DNA of 64,000 nt from Octopus bimaculoides (taxonomy: Eukaryota), in contig NC_068981.1 in NCBI RefSeq assembly GCF_001194135.2, forward strand, positions 85,674,566 through 85,738,565, written 5' to 3'. Made by a program: the position numbers and the translations under genes. This document shows, in pieces, positions 51,498 through 64,000 of the stretch; within the stretch, counting starts at the first letter, position 1, and each line of letters starts with the position of its first letter. The notes under the pieces were generated by a model. That model had not been told where the DNA came from, did no database searches, and saw only the letters and a list, made by a program, of their open reading frames with translations.

Positions 51498-53374
51498 GAA
51501 TAATGTTGCTGGCATCATCAAGGTCCCTGGTGAACTCTATAGTGTTCACCTTAAGCTGTAAATAACTTCCAGTGAGTCATAAGGTCGAATACAGTCAGTA
51601 GTAATGTACAACTTTGCTGAACACCACTTTGACCATAAACATATTCCTTACTTCTTTGTTCTGTTTTTGGTCAATTGCTAGAATTATTGATATGCTTTTT
51701 TGCTCGAGTAGTTTCAATGTCTTACTATCTGTTTCCATGCTACTCTACAGTTATTAACTATTTACTAGTTCAGACACATCCACTAACTCCACAAATGCAA
51801 AGTTTATGGCTGTTGTAATGACTATCTCTACTCTAAAAAGCATTAGAGTTTAAATTTTGGGATAGCACATCCATAGTAAGGGTATAGGTTGAGTATGTAC
51901 CTCTCTAGCATGGTAGAAATGATTGAAGAGGTTAATGGCCAAATTCTTTGTGGCATCATTCATCTAGATGATTCTAATAGGAGCCATAAAAAATCTCACT
52001 TTATGATTGCACTTTTCTAGTCTTGCAAATAAACTTTACACATAACTAAATTTTAGAAACATTCTGATGTACACTTGGCTACAGATATCAAAATAAACTT
52101 TAAAGACTTCTGCAAGGATATTCTTTAAACTGTGGGATTTGATAATTTTCGCTTTGACACTTACTCTTTTCATTTGCAGTCAGTGAATAAGATCCCTTAT
52201 TATATCGAAGTATTGCAGTTGGAGCCACATCTAATGTGACTCTGTTTTTGTCTTAATTATTGATTATGTTCTTAACTGTCATCACCTGAATTCTCTCTGT
52301 GGTAATCAACATCCAATCTTCATGCCATATTAAATTAATTGCTAGTGGATTTTTATCATCCTCTTCACCACTCATCACATATTATTTCAAATTGTTGGAT
52401 TTTGTACAACACAGGTTTATTGTTCATTGGATTTTAGTACATATTTTACATGCATTTTTGTCATGTATGTAATATATATTTGTCTGTAAATACATAAGAC
52501 ATTGCCTTGTAAAACACACCTTTAGTTGACTAAAATTGAAGTTGATTAATATGTACATTGTAATTCTGTTCCTTCTTATCTGGAGAGCTGTAAAGTTACT
52601 GGCTTATTCAAGAATTATTGATATAAGATAAAAAAAAATTCAACACAGTAGTGTTATACCAATAGCCATGTAGGTATTATAAAATTTCTTATCCAATTCT
52701 TGTTATAACAGATATGATGGCCAAAATTTGCACTTATTGAACTACATTTTGATTGGTTGTTGCTGGATTTTGTCAGCTGTGCATTCTATCAGAACCTTGT
52801 CCACACATATGAGTCAATTCTTATTAAGTTACAATCCAGATGTTTGAACATCTCTTGTCTTAAGACTATCATCAGTTGTAGGATGGATTCAGGCTTGAAC
52901 TTTAGAACTATTTTGCTTCCCTGGGAAACCAGACATTTTAGTCCCAGACCAACATTGTATGAACATGGCTCAAAATAGCATCTGTGGTTAATCGCAAAGT
53001 AAGAGAAATGCTAAATATTTGGCTGATGAACGAGGAAGATAATAACAACTGTAACATATAAAATTACTTGGAGCCAAGATAGTTGACCTCCCAACCTGCC
53101 AGACATGATTGAGATGAGTGCTGGCAACAGATGGCTTCCTCTATGGAATATTCTATGGTTCAAAAGAGAAAGTCAGAAATTGTACCAAAATCTTTGTCAG
53201 ACCACTTGTTTAGATATAAATGACTCTTACTCATTTTACCTGTTTAAATCATTGCCTGTAGCCACTCTGGGGGTGTCACCATTAGTGTTACTTTTTAGTT
53301 TATTTCATTTCCACAGCCCCCTCTCTGTGGTTGGTTTTAGTAAATGACTGAGTTGGATATTGCCACCTACACAA

Positions 53375-53412
<38 letters not shown>

Positions 53413-54559
53413 CCATTCTATATAGGCATAAGACCTGACATTTTGGGGGAAGGGTTAACTTGATTGCATCAGCCCCAGTACCCAACTGGTACTTAATTTA
53501 TTGACCCCAAAAGGATGAGAGGCAAAATAGACCTTGGTGGAATTTGAATTCAGAACGTAAAGATGGGCAAAATGCTGACAAGTATGTACTGAGAAAGGCT
53601 TTAGATGCATGCTGTATCCTTGTCTATACATTCTAGGTTAAGGCTTTGGTTGACCACAGGCTGTAATTGAAGACACACACCCAAAAACCTGGGATCACAT
53701 GGTTGGGAAGCAAGTTTCTTAACCACACAGTCAGACCTGTACATAATTGGTTAATAATATTCAACAGATGCATTTTACATATTTATCACCTCTGCCTAAC
53801 CTTTCCCCACTTAGCCCATTTCTGTGTGAGATAGATTATTCATAACCTTCTCTCACTTGTAGGTCAAAATCAGACCTCAAGCAACTTAATCAACAAAGAC
53901 TTGCTTCTCTAGGTGCCAGATTACAAGCCCACTGATTTCTTTGGGTTACTTTTTTACTCCTGTCACCACCTCATATTTCTTTAGAATGGTCTCTATTACC
54001 ATAACATCTGTAGTGTCTGATACCATTATGGTGATGTTATCCATATATATAGAAACAGTTCTTCTGCACCACTGTTCAAATCAGATGCTTCTCAGCATTG
54101 ACAGTTTCCACAGGGGCGACTTGTGATTCAGTACATATAGATAATTATCTTTGGTACACTGAGCATATGATTTAAAGCAGTTTCAGTTCGTGGTCATTAG
54201 CTTTGACTGCCATGCAAATACTATAGTATGTTGAAGTGAGCAAGCACTTAATTCTGACAATGTATTTTTTATGTTTCATTTTGAAGAAACGATTGAGAGC
54301 CGGTCTCACCACTAGCACATCTGTCATGATACTTTTCCTAATCACGTCTTATCTAGTTCTCTTGATCTGTTTTTATAATCACTTTCTTTAGAATGCTATA
54401 CCCAGTTATTGATAGTTGCTCCTGTCAACTTCTGCTTAACTAATTTGCTAATCCAGCCACTGTAAGCTTTGCTTACTGGGAATGATGCATTAATCTCTTA
54501 GTAGCTGTAGCCTTGTCTATGCATTCTAAGTTAACTGTACAGATCACAAATTTGTAGTT

Positions 54560-55004
54560 TGCATAACCAATCAGTTGAAGCTGGACATTTGGCACTATCT
54601 TTATTCCCCATTGTAACAAATACCCTATCTAGATACAATTTAGATGATCTAGTGGTGGTTCTTTGTCTACACTGGTGCATTTGAGAAATCCAGTTGGTAC
54701 ATGGCAGGCAATTGTAACTGTCTGAGCAGTTTTGTGAGGTTTTTACACTCCACTCCTAAACCCAGCATGCATCTAAAATGCCATTCCAGTTTCCTACTAG
54801 TACTAAAGAGCAGGATGTGCCAAAAAATGCTTTTAGACATTTGAAGAAATCTGGATATCTTTTTCCATTTACAACATAGACAGCTTTTAGTCTGAAGGCA
54901 TCACCTTCACTACTGTTTACATCCAGTACCTTAATCTTAATGTCTAGGTCCAGGATGATCACAAATACCTCAAGATCCAAGCTGTTCCAAAACAACAGTA
55001 TTAA
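54560..55004 (-). pseudogene. Tx1/L1-clade APE endonuclease fossil, interrupted by the hATm element
   Basis: FRLKAVYVVN...LVLVGNWNGILDA and downstream LYLDRVF; probably continues at about 57262-57560. Confidence 0.7.
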
Positions 55005-55012
55005 TTCGCCAT

Positions 55013-57253
55013 TAGGGTGATGACTTTTTTTAAGTCGAGTAAGGCCAAGGTACCAGAAGGTGAACTTTATGTTATAATGACAAAATCATTTCTTTCTTTG
55101 ACACAAAAAATTTCCCCACTGATGACAATATATTTGACAACATTTTTACTATGGATATACGTATATTGTTCAAGTAACAAGACGTACAGTTATACATTGT
55201 TAATGTGGTAAGTGCAGCCTAATACAACAGCAGTTTTCAAAGATCCTTGTTGGTTAAAACAAATTGAAGATTCAATTTTTCAGAAGACCTGCAATCTAAT
55301 TCCTCCATTATTTTTACTGCACGTTCAGCACATATGTTTGAACGCTGAACATCTTGAATTACTGATTCTTCAAGATTCCAATTACCTTTCAAACATTTCC
55401 TTGCTTTAATATATCCAGAAACTTCTGAAAGTTTCTGGTAGGCCATGCTGTCAAAACTTAGGTAACAAAACCACATTTCCATCCAGTTTCCATTGATAAA
55501 ACAACACATGTTGTAGAGTTTTTCCCTACTTTGTGGTAGAAGCATGTAAGTGAGGATGGCCAAGATTGCTTGTGAATTCCAACATGCGTTGCTAAGTCTA
55601 AGAAGTTTCTAAACTTAGTTTCTGGGAAAATGCTTTGTTGCTGATAAAACTAGAAAGCACGACCAAGTTCAAACTGAAGGTCATCTCTCCAACCTGAATT
55701 ATCATCCATTTGAAGTTTTGCTTTGCCTTGTTTCCATTCTGCCATCAAATCCTCATAGTTTTTTTTTCTATTAAATCTTCTATGAACGGATATGATATAT
55801 TTGGTGATGCAGTTTTTCCTTTCAGTGTATCATCCATCACATGTTTTAGGAGGCGGTCTAACACATGATATTGGCAACCAATGTATTGAGGTGCAGAATA
55901 TCCATGCTTTACAAATTCATTCTGAGTTGAATGACCACTCCAGTATGCTTTCCTGTATTTACACTACATGTGTTTGTGATGATCATTTTGATTGCTGGCC
56001 ACAATTCGTAATCATCTAAAACTTCCTTTAGTCCTTGAAAAATGGTATCTGCTCTGCCATTCTTCAGAGTTAGTGCTGCTAATTTAATTTCTCTTGTGTT
56101 GTTTTTCACTACCACAACTTGCCTCTTTCCATCAAAATGGAGCACCCACTTGTCATTTTTTAAAGTTTCTTTTAGTTCCTGCTTCCTCTTTGCAGCCTCT
56201 CTCATAACAGCTTTGTACACACCTGACTGTGACGGAGTAGAGAGAAGTACTCCTTCCTCTCTCAGCTGTTTGCAGACATTGGCTGCTTTATGACTGCTTA
56301 AATTCATTTTTTTTTCAGTAAGTTCATTGCTTTCTGAGTTGAATGATATTGTTGTTTAGAGGTGCCAACTTGTTCATCTATTGGTAATGTAATTTCATCT
56401 GCAGAATCAGAAGTAGAGGTTTCTGATGATGTATCTGCAAGAGCAAGAAGTTGGGTACATATTAGTGACATCAATGCATACAAAAAAAAAGAAAATGTGT
56501 AATATTTAGTAATTTTTTAGGCACATTACTTTACCTGCTTTAGAAATGCTTGTGAAGTTGAAGCTGACACTCTTAATGAAGAAGGTGTTCGTTTTGAAAG
56601 ATGAACCATAGCTAACTGAGACATGGTGTAGCCAGTTATACTGCCATTTTGAATTTGTGTACTGTAAAAGTCTTTGTCTTTTTTAGATAACCAGCTCCCA
56701 TGTTGATTAGTAATGTCAAACAAATCTTCAAAATTTTGACCTGGTTTCAGACATTCAAATGGGTATCATACCTTGTCAACAGAGTTTTTACTTTTCTTAC
56801 AACAGACTTTAATGTTATACATGGAAAATCAAATTTTTTCCATAGATTCTCTAGTTCCTGAGCGATGAGCTAAAAGTAATATATTTTAATATCTGTAATA
56901 GAAAGAATAATGCATTCATGGATTATCTTAACAACAAATAATACTACTCAAGATGTGAAACAACTTTTACTACTGTATAAATCGTTATTGGTATTTGGTC
57001 AGGAAGTAACTTCAGTCATAAACACCTTTAAATCTAATAAAAAAGAATGAAGCACTAATGCCGAATGTAATGTGAGTTTGACTAAGGCAAGGCAAGCATG
57101 ACACATTTGAAAATAGAAATATTAGTTGGTGGGGGAGGTTTTTGAAAGTTTGGAAAAAAATGAACTGCTAGCCACTGTTTTCTCATCATTTCTCATAGTA
57201 AGTCACCCTAGCCATGTTCAGTTTCAGAAAAAATTTTAAAAATCATTACCCTA
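55013..57253 (-). mobile_element. hATm-like DNA transposon with both ends and a decayed transposase
   Basis: Termini TAGGGTGATGACTTTT and TAGGGTAATGATTTTT; TSD ttcgccat/ctcaccat (6/8); VLHFDGK, ITNTCSVNTG (DTT-NTG motif), RSNICAERAVKIM. Confidence 0.8.
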
Positions 57254-58966
57254 CTCACCATTCAATCCTGGCTTGACCAGTCTTGCTGATGGCTACCAGA
57301 ATATGTCTCATGACCTGAAGTTATTGAAAGAGTGAAATTGATTCTAAGCTGACATTGGTCCATGTTTATTTATAGAACCTAGTCTGTGTATAGTCATGTT
57401 AGTTGATGGAAAGAAGTTAAGGAAGTCAATTCTTGATCTTGGAGAAGGATGTCCATCTTTTGCTAAAAAGATGGGGATCCTTTAAAGGCTTCTCCTAAAA
57501 TTTCTGGTCTAGGGTTTTGCTTATGTCTTTAATAGAAGTTTTGGTAGACAACTCCTCAAATCCTTTTTCTTTTATTTGCACTCTTTTTTTTGTAAGCTGG
57601 AAGAAAATTTGCAGAGAAGTGGGGTAGTCAGTTACATCAACCCCAGTGCTAAGCTGGTACTTATTTTATCAATCCTGAAAGGATGAAAAGCTAAGTCAAT
57701 CGCAACAGAATTTAGATTCAGAACAATAAACCAGATGGAATGTCGCTGAGCATTTTGTCTGGCATGCTAATGATTCTGTCAGCTTGCCACCCTCAATAAT
57801 AATCAATTCATCCTGCATGAACACCATCATGTCCAAGAATCAGATATTATTGTTATTATTATCTTAATTTTCAAGTATAAATAACAGGTAGAACAACTAA
57901 ATGACAGATGACATAGCTATAGAGTAGGCAGTTTTAAAAGCCTTATTATTCAGAAGATCACTAATTTTATTGAGAAAAAACTATTTTGAATGTGACTGTT
58001 TGACAATTTCAAGATAATGTAAGTAATAAAAAAACATATATATATATCATCATCATCCTCATCATTTAATATCCGTTTTCCATGCTGACACAGATTGGAT
58101 GATTCCACAGGAATTGGCAAGTCAGAAAACTGCACCAAACTTTGTCTGCTTTGGCATGGTTTCTAATGCCAATATATTTATATAAATGGGTATAGCTGTG
58201 TGGTAAGAAGCTAGCTTCCAAACCACATGGTTTTAGGTTCAGTCCCAATGCATGGCACTGTGGGCAAGTGCCTTTACATCCCCAGATTGACCAAAGCCTT
58301 GTGAGTAGATTTGATTGATGGAAACTGAAGGAAGCCATCATATATATATATATATATATANNNNNNNNNNNNNNNNNNNNNNNNNNNNNNNNNNNNNNNN
58401 NNNNNNNNNNNNNNNNNNNNNNNNNNNNNNNNNNNNNNNNNNNNNNNNNNNNNNNNNNNNNNNNNNNNNNNNNNNNNNNNNNNNNNNNNNNNNNNNNNNN
58501 NNNNNNNNNNNNNNNNNNNNNNNNNNNNNNNNNNNNNNNNNNNNNNNNNNNNNNNNNNNNNNNNNNNNNNNNNNNNNNNNNNNNNNNNNNNNNNNNNNNN
58601 NNNNNNNNNNAATGTATGTATGCATGTATTACTGCCTCTTTGCCTTGACATATGTGTTAGTAAATGAGGGTTACCATCATGCAAGTGGTGTCCTTCATTT
58701 CTTGTCTTCCTTGAGTGGTCTTGTGGAAATATTACCTTGCCTGGAAACAGGTGCAGATTGGCAACAGGAAGGGCATCTAGCTGTAGAAAATCTGTCCAAC
58801 AAAAAATTCCACCTCACCCATGTAAGCATGGAAAAGTAGACATTTGAACTGATGATGACATTATGTATATGTGTACATGCATGTGTGTTTATACACACAC
58901 ACACACACACACATTAAAATTCATACAAATTTATCCTTGGAACTTCTTTTTTCCTTTGTATTTCAG

Positions 58967-59143
58967 CACCATATTACAAAATGCCTGTAGAAAAAGAAGG
59001 GACTAAAAGTCATATTACTTTTGCTGCTGCTCTTTCAATTGGTACCAAGCATGAATTGTCTGGTTCTGCAAGAGAGATAATTGATAAAACCCGTGGTTGT
59101 CGAGCTGATAGTGAAATTTCTATTGAAACATACAGCAATGAAG
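58967..59143 (+). CDS. BRAP: BRAP exon 2 (PYYKMPVEKEGTKSHITFAAALSIG...REIIDKTRGCRADSEISIETYSNE)
   Basis: Acceptor gtatttcag and donor gtaagg; 177 nt, phase 1-1. Resembles recalled human IIHQHLGRREMTDVIIETMKS. Confidence 0.85.
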
Positions 59144-60887
59144 GTAAGGATTAAATTATTTTACTATCACTGTTATTATTAAGTGCAGTATTATTAAGCT
59201 GCTGGCATGGCTGTGTGGTTAAGCAGTTTGTTTCCCAACTACATGGTTTCTGGTTCAGTCCCACTGCATGGCATCATGGGCAAGTGTCTTTTATTATTGC
59301 TCTGGGCTGACTAAAGCTTTATGAGTGGATTTGGTATATGAAAATGGAAATAAGCCTGTTGTGTGTGTGTGTGTGTTTGTGCCTTCTTGTCTTCACATTG
59401 TGTGATAGTTGTAAATAGTGTCACTATCATAAAGGTGGTGTCATTTGTTTCCAACCTTCCATGAAAACAAGGAAATATTATTTTGTTTTGAAACAAGTGA
59501 GGGTTGGTGACAGGAAAGGCATCTAACATAGAAAATGTGCCACAATGAATTCCATTTGGTCTTTGTATAGAAAAATGAACATTAAAACAACAACAGTGCT
59601 GGTGGTGATGATGACGACAACAATTATCAACAAGATTGTCAGAGAGTCAGAAAAAAATGCCTTGCAGTATTTGTTCTAACTTCTTAAATTGTAAGTTCAA
59701 ATCTCACCAACATTAGTTTTGCCATTCTTTCTTCCAAGATTGGTAAAATGAAATACCAAATCAAGTATTAGGATCAATATTATCAAATAACCGTAAGGCG
59801 GTGAGTTGGCAGAATTATTAGCAGGCTGGACATTTTTTTCTGACACTCGAACAATTTTGTTGATAATTGTTGTTGTCATTATCACCACTAACATCGTTGT
59901 CGTTTTAATGTCCACTGTTCCATACATAGGTCAGGCGGAATTCATTTTGGCAGATTTTCTATGTTAGCATGCTTACTGGCATTTTGTCCATCTAATTCAA
60001 ATTCTGCCGGAGTTGACTTCGCCTTTCAGAACCCTTTTGAGGATCAGTACCAGTCGAGCACTGGGGGTTGATTTAATTGACTTAGCCCCTCCCCTCAAAC
60101 TACTGACTTTGTGCCAGAATTTGAAACCAATATTTGAAAGGCANNNNNNNNNNTGTGCCAGAATTTGAAACCAATATTTGAAAGGCACTTAGCTGGCAGA
60201 ATTGTTAGCACACCAAACTAAATGCTTAGTGGCATTTCATCCATCTTTAGGTTCTGAGTTCAAATTTCACCAAGATTTACTTTGCCTTTCATTTTTTTTT
60301 TGGGGGGGGGGTCGATAAAATAAGTACCAGTTGAACACTTGGGTCAATTCAATCGACTTTACTCCTCTCCTAAAATAGCTGGCCATGTGCCAAAATTTGA
60401 AACTATTATCAAGTAACTTCTCACTCCAAAGTTCAGGCCCTGTACCTATGTTAGAAACAATTTTTTCTATTTTTATTTAGGATTAGCAGAATTACTAAAG
60501 CATGAGTGGAATGAAAATGCTTTGTTGTACTCTGGTTCTTTACATTCTGAGTTCCAATCCTGTGAAAGTTAACTTTGCTTTTCATCCTTAGAATATCAAT
60601 AAAATAAAGTACTAGCCAAGTACTGGGGTTAACATAATTCATTGGCTCCCTGCCATTACATTTCTTGTTTTTGTGCCTTTACTAGAAACAATTATTGTTA
60701 TTAAAATCTCTATCCTCATTTCTGGAAGTAGTACTTGAAGTAAAAAGGATGTTAGGAGAGGGGTATTCTGTCCTCAAACAATTTTTATGAAAAGTGAGTG
60801 AGTTATAATTTGGCAAAAGTGAGCATTTGATCATCCGTTTTATTTATTTATTCCCTGGTGTGGAATATTTGAGGAGGATATTTGTCT

Positions 60888-60921
<34 letters not shown>

Positions 60922-61159
60922 TGTTGAAATTTTGAAGTGTCATGATTTGATCATCTGTGGGTGGCTATGCTCCAATTTTATTATTAAGATGGTGGCTATT
61001 ATTTACATTATGTAGATGGTAGTCTTTCTGAAACATGAGAACTTAGGCATATCTCTTTACATCTTGTGTTCAGATCCTGTTGGAGTTGTGCATTCAACCC
61101 TCTGCAGTTATTAAAATAAGTACTGATATTATATGGGAGTTGATTAAATTGACTAAGCT

Positions 61160-62210
61160 CATCATCATCATCATCATCATCATCATCGTTTAACGTCCGC
61201 TTTCCATGCTAGCATGGGTTGGACGATTTGACTGAGGACTGGTGAAACCGGATGGCAACACCAGGCTCCAGTCTGATTTGGCAGAGTTTCTACAGCTGGA
61301 TGCCCTTCCTAACGCCAACCACTCAGAGAGTGTAGTGGGTACTTTTTCGTGTCACCCGCACGAAAACGGCCACGCTCGAAATGGTGTCTTTTATGTGCCA
61401 CCCGCNNNNNNNNNNNNNNNNNNNNNNNNNNNNNNNNNNNNNNNNNNNNNNNNNNNNNNNNNNNNNNNNNNNNNNNNNNNNNNNNNNNNNNNNNNNNNNN
61501 NNNNNNNNNNNNNNNNNNNNNNNNNNNNNNNNNNNNNNNNNNNNNNNNNNNNNNNNNNNNNNNNNNNNNNNNNNNNNNNNNNNNNNNNNNNNNNNNNNNN
61601 NNNNNNNNNNNNNNNNNNNNNNNNNNNNNNNNNNNNNNNNNNNNNNNNNNNNNNNNNNNNNNNNNNNNNNNNNNNNNNNNNNNNNNNNNNNNNNNNNNNN
61701 NNNNNNNNNNNNNNNNNNNNNNNNNNNNNNNNNNNNNNNNNNNNNNNNNNNNNNNNNNNNNNNNNNNNNNNNNNNNNNNNNNNNNNNNNNNNNNNNNNNN
61801 NNNNNNNNNNNNNNNNNNNNNNNNNNNNNNNNNNNNNNNNNNNNNNNNNNNNNNNATGCTTCTAATGTTCAGCTTTTCTCTCAAGATACTTACACTCTGA
61901 CGGGTATTCACATTGACATTACACATCCAACGGAGCATACTGGCTTCATTCCTTGCGAGCTTACGTATGTCCTCAGCAGTTACAGCCCATGTTTCACTGC
62001 CATGTAGCATGGTTGTTCATACGCATGCGTCATACAGTCTGCCTTTTACTCTGAGTGAGAGTCCCTTTGTCGCCAGCAGGGGTAAGAGCTCTCTAAACTT
62101 TGCCCAGGCTATTCTTATTCTAGCAGCTACACTTTCAGCGCACCCACCCCCACTACTAACTTGGTCGCCCAGATAGCGGAAGCTATGGACTACCTCTAGT
62201 TTTTCTACAC
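61160..62210 (-). mobile_element. Younger 5-prime-truncated RTE (RT C-terminus, gap, 3-prime UTR) in BRAP intron 2
   Basis: LEVVHSFRYLGDQVSSGGG...LHGSETWAVTAEDIRKLARNEASMLRWMC; tail nearly identical to 63760..64000. Confidence 0.9.
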
Positions 62211-62663
62211 GCATAAACACACACACACACACACACATGTATTTGTGTGTGTGTGTGTACATCATTGTTTTGGCATTGTGCAAGGGATGTAAATATGTGT
62301 CATTCAAGCAGTGTCATTAGTCTCAATCTTTCGTGGGAATATGTCTAGACCTAGAAATCTGCATCAACAAACAATGCTGCTGCTTAATCTCTCCTTCCTC
62401 CTCTCCATCTTCTTCTTCCGTTTCCTCCTTGCTCTCTCTGGCCATGGAAAAATGTTACCTCATTTGGAAACAGGTGAGTGTTAGCAACAGAAAAGGTATC
62501 TGGCTGTAGAAAACCTGCCTCAACAAATTCAGTCTGTCTGACTCTTGCAAGTAGAGAAAAGTGGACTTTAAATGATGATGATTTTTTTTTTATATATTTG
62601 ATTTTCCTGTAAAACAAAAGATTATCATGCATTACATTTCTGTTATTTTTCAATAATTCACAG

Positions 62664-63012
62664 GGAATTCTAAAACAGAACGTGATACATCAAAGAAAAC
62701 CTCAGATACCTCACATTTTAAAAACTCCAAAATAACCCATGAAGCTAATGTGATAAGTTATGGGAAAAAATTTCCTGGTGATGATGATGATGATGATGAT
62801 GATGAACATTCTGAAAAAAGCAGCTCCCAAGAGAGTAGCAAAGTAGCTTCTAATTCTCGGGATCCTTCATGTAGTAGTGGAGAAACTATGCATTATAATT
62901 CGAATAATTTCACCACTAGACATAAGAATCCTAACAGTTCTTCTATTCACTTTTTCTCTGGAAACCCAATGGTTGAAGTGACCAAAGGAATTTTACATAT
63001 ATATAAAGATAA
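62664..63012 (+). CDS. BRAP: BRAP exon 3 (...SIHFFSGNPMVEVTKGILHIYKD), entering the BRAP2 domain; gene continues right of the window
   Basis: Acceptor attcacag and donor gtaagt; 349 nt, open. Motif matches recalled human ISFFSGNPSVEIVHGIMHLYKTN. Confidence 0.92.
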
Positions 63013-63759
63013 GTAAGTTGAAATAGTATTTTTTATCTTTCATTTGTTTCAGTCATTGGATTACAGCCCAGTTGGAGCATAGCCTTGAAGGTGTTGTCTG
63101 AAAGAATCAACTCCCAGTACTTTCTTTTTTTGAGTCTGGTATTTATTCTTCTGCTCTCTTTTGCCAAACTGCTAGATTACAAGAACATAAGCAAACCAAC
63201 ACCAGTTGTCAAGCAATGGTGTAGGACAAACACAAGAACAAAGACACACATGTGTGTGCACGTGCGCGCGCACACACACACACACACTCAACACCAGTCA
63301 CCCATACATACAGGATTGTCCTTTACAGGTGCTGGCGTCGCATAAAATGCACTTGTGCCAGTACTGTGTAAGTGCACTCATGCCAGTGGCACATAAGATG
63401 CATCCAAGTGAAACCATAGTTGTGGCTGTTGTCAGTATCACATAACCATGCTGGTGGCACATAAAAAGCACCATTCAAGCATTGGGCCTCTCAGAGGCAA
63501 TGATAAATGGCTGAGACCTTTGACAACATGCTGTGCTTGAGATAGAAGACCCATCAAGCCAAGTGAAATTGTAGTCCTGGCAGATACTGGTGTCATGCAA
63601 AAGCACTCATTACACTTTTGAAGTGGTTGGTGTTAGTAAGGGCATCCAACCATAGAAACCATGCCAAATCAGACTGGAGTCTGGTGCAGCCTCTAGCTTA
63701 CCAGCCCTGGTCAAACTGTCCAACCCATTATATATGGGTTGGACATATATATATATATC

Positions 63760-64000
63760 TCATCATCATCATCATCATCGTTTAACGTCCGCTTTCCATG
63801 CTAGCATGGGTTGGACGATTTGACTGAGGACTGGTGCAACCGGATGGCTACACCAGGCTCCAATCTAATTTGGCAGAGTTTCTACAGCTGGATGCCCTTC
63901 CTAACGCCAACCACTCAGAGAGTGTAGTGGGTGCTTTTACGTGTCACCCGCACGAAAACGGCCACGCTCGAAATGGTGTCTTTTATGTGCCACCCGCACA
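63760..64000 (-). mobile_element. Young RTE 3-prime UTR copy
   Basis: Differs from 61160..61405 at only a handful of positions; the same subfamily is at 39770..39955. Confidence 0.9.

Noticed and set aside
1892-62010. Long track ORFs full of X (e.g. 12247, 16109, 38847, 58274, 61242)
   Set aside because: They are open only because they cross N gaps; the flanks are SINE/RTE or microsatellite sequence.

Overview
AT-rich, repeat-dense eukaryotic scaffold with many N gaps. The SINE/LINE families point to a cephalopod, most likely Octopus (inference). Two protein-coding genes face away from each other. On the minus strand is a CEP89/CCDC123-like centriolar distal-appendage gene: I assembled nine phase-compatible coding exons between 20235 and 1128 plus one optional GC-donor mini-exon. 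Its start codon was not found and the gene continues past the left edge. On the plus strand is BRAP (BRCA1-associated protein): exons 1-3 at 47236, 58967 and 62664, continuing past the right edge. Most of these exons are missing from the supplied ORF track, which is dominated by gap, microsatellite and repeat artefacts. The rest of the window is a layered transposon landscape: an RT-deleted Gypsy element with LTR and PBS, decayed and young RTE LINEs, Tx1 and CR1/Jockey fragments, mariner, pogo and hATm fossils, piggyBac-, hAT- and mariner-type MITEs, and several modular tRNA-SINE families. The most unusual items are a 166-bp TIR/8-bp-TSD element filled with degenerate telomeric repeats, other TE-associated TTAGGG tracts, an RFX X-box upstream of the ciliary gene, and a fold-back MITE hairpin. 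There is no CRISPR array, rRNA or real tRNA gene, and I found no convincing new multi-gene system. Protein identities rest on my recollection of the human proteins, not on a database search.
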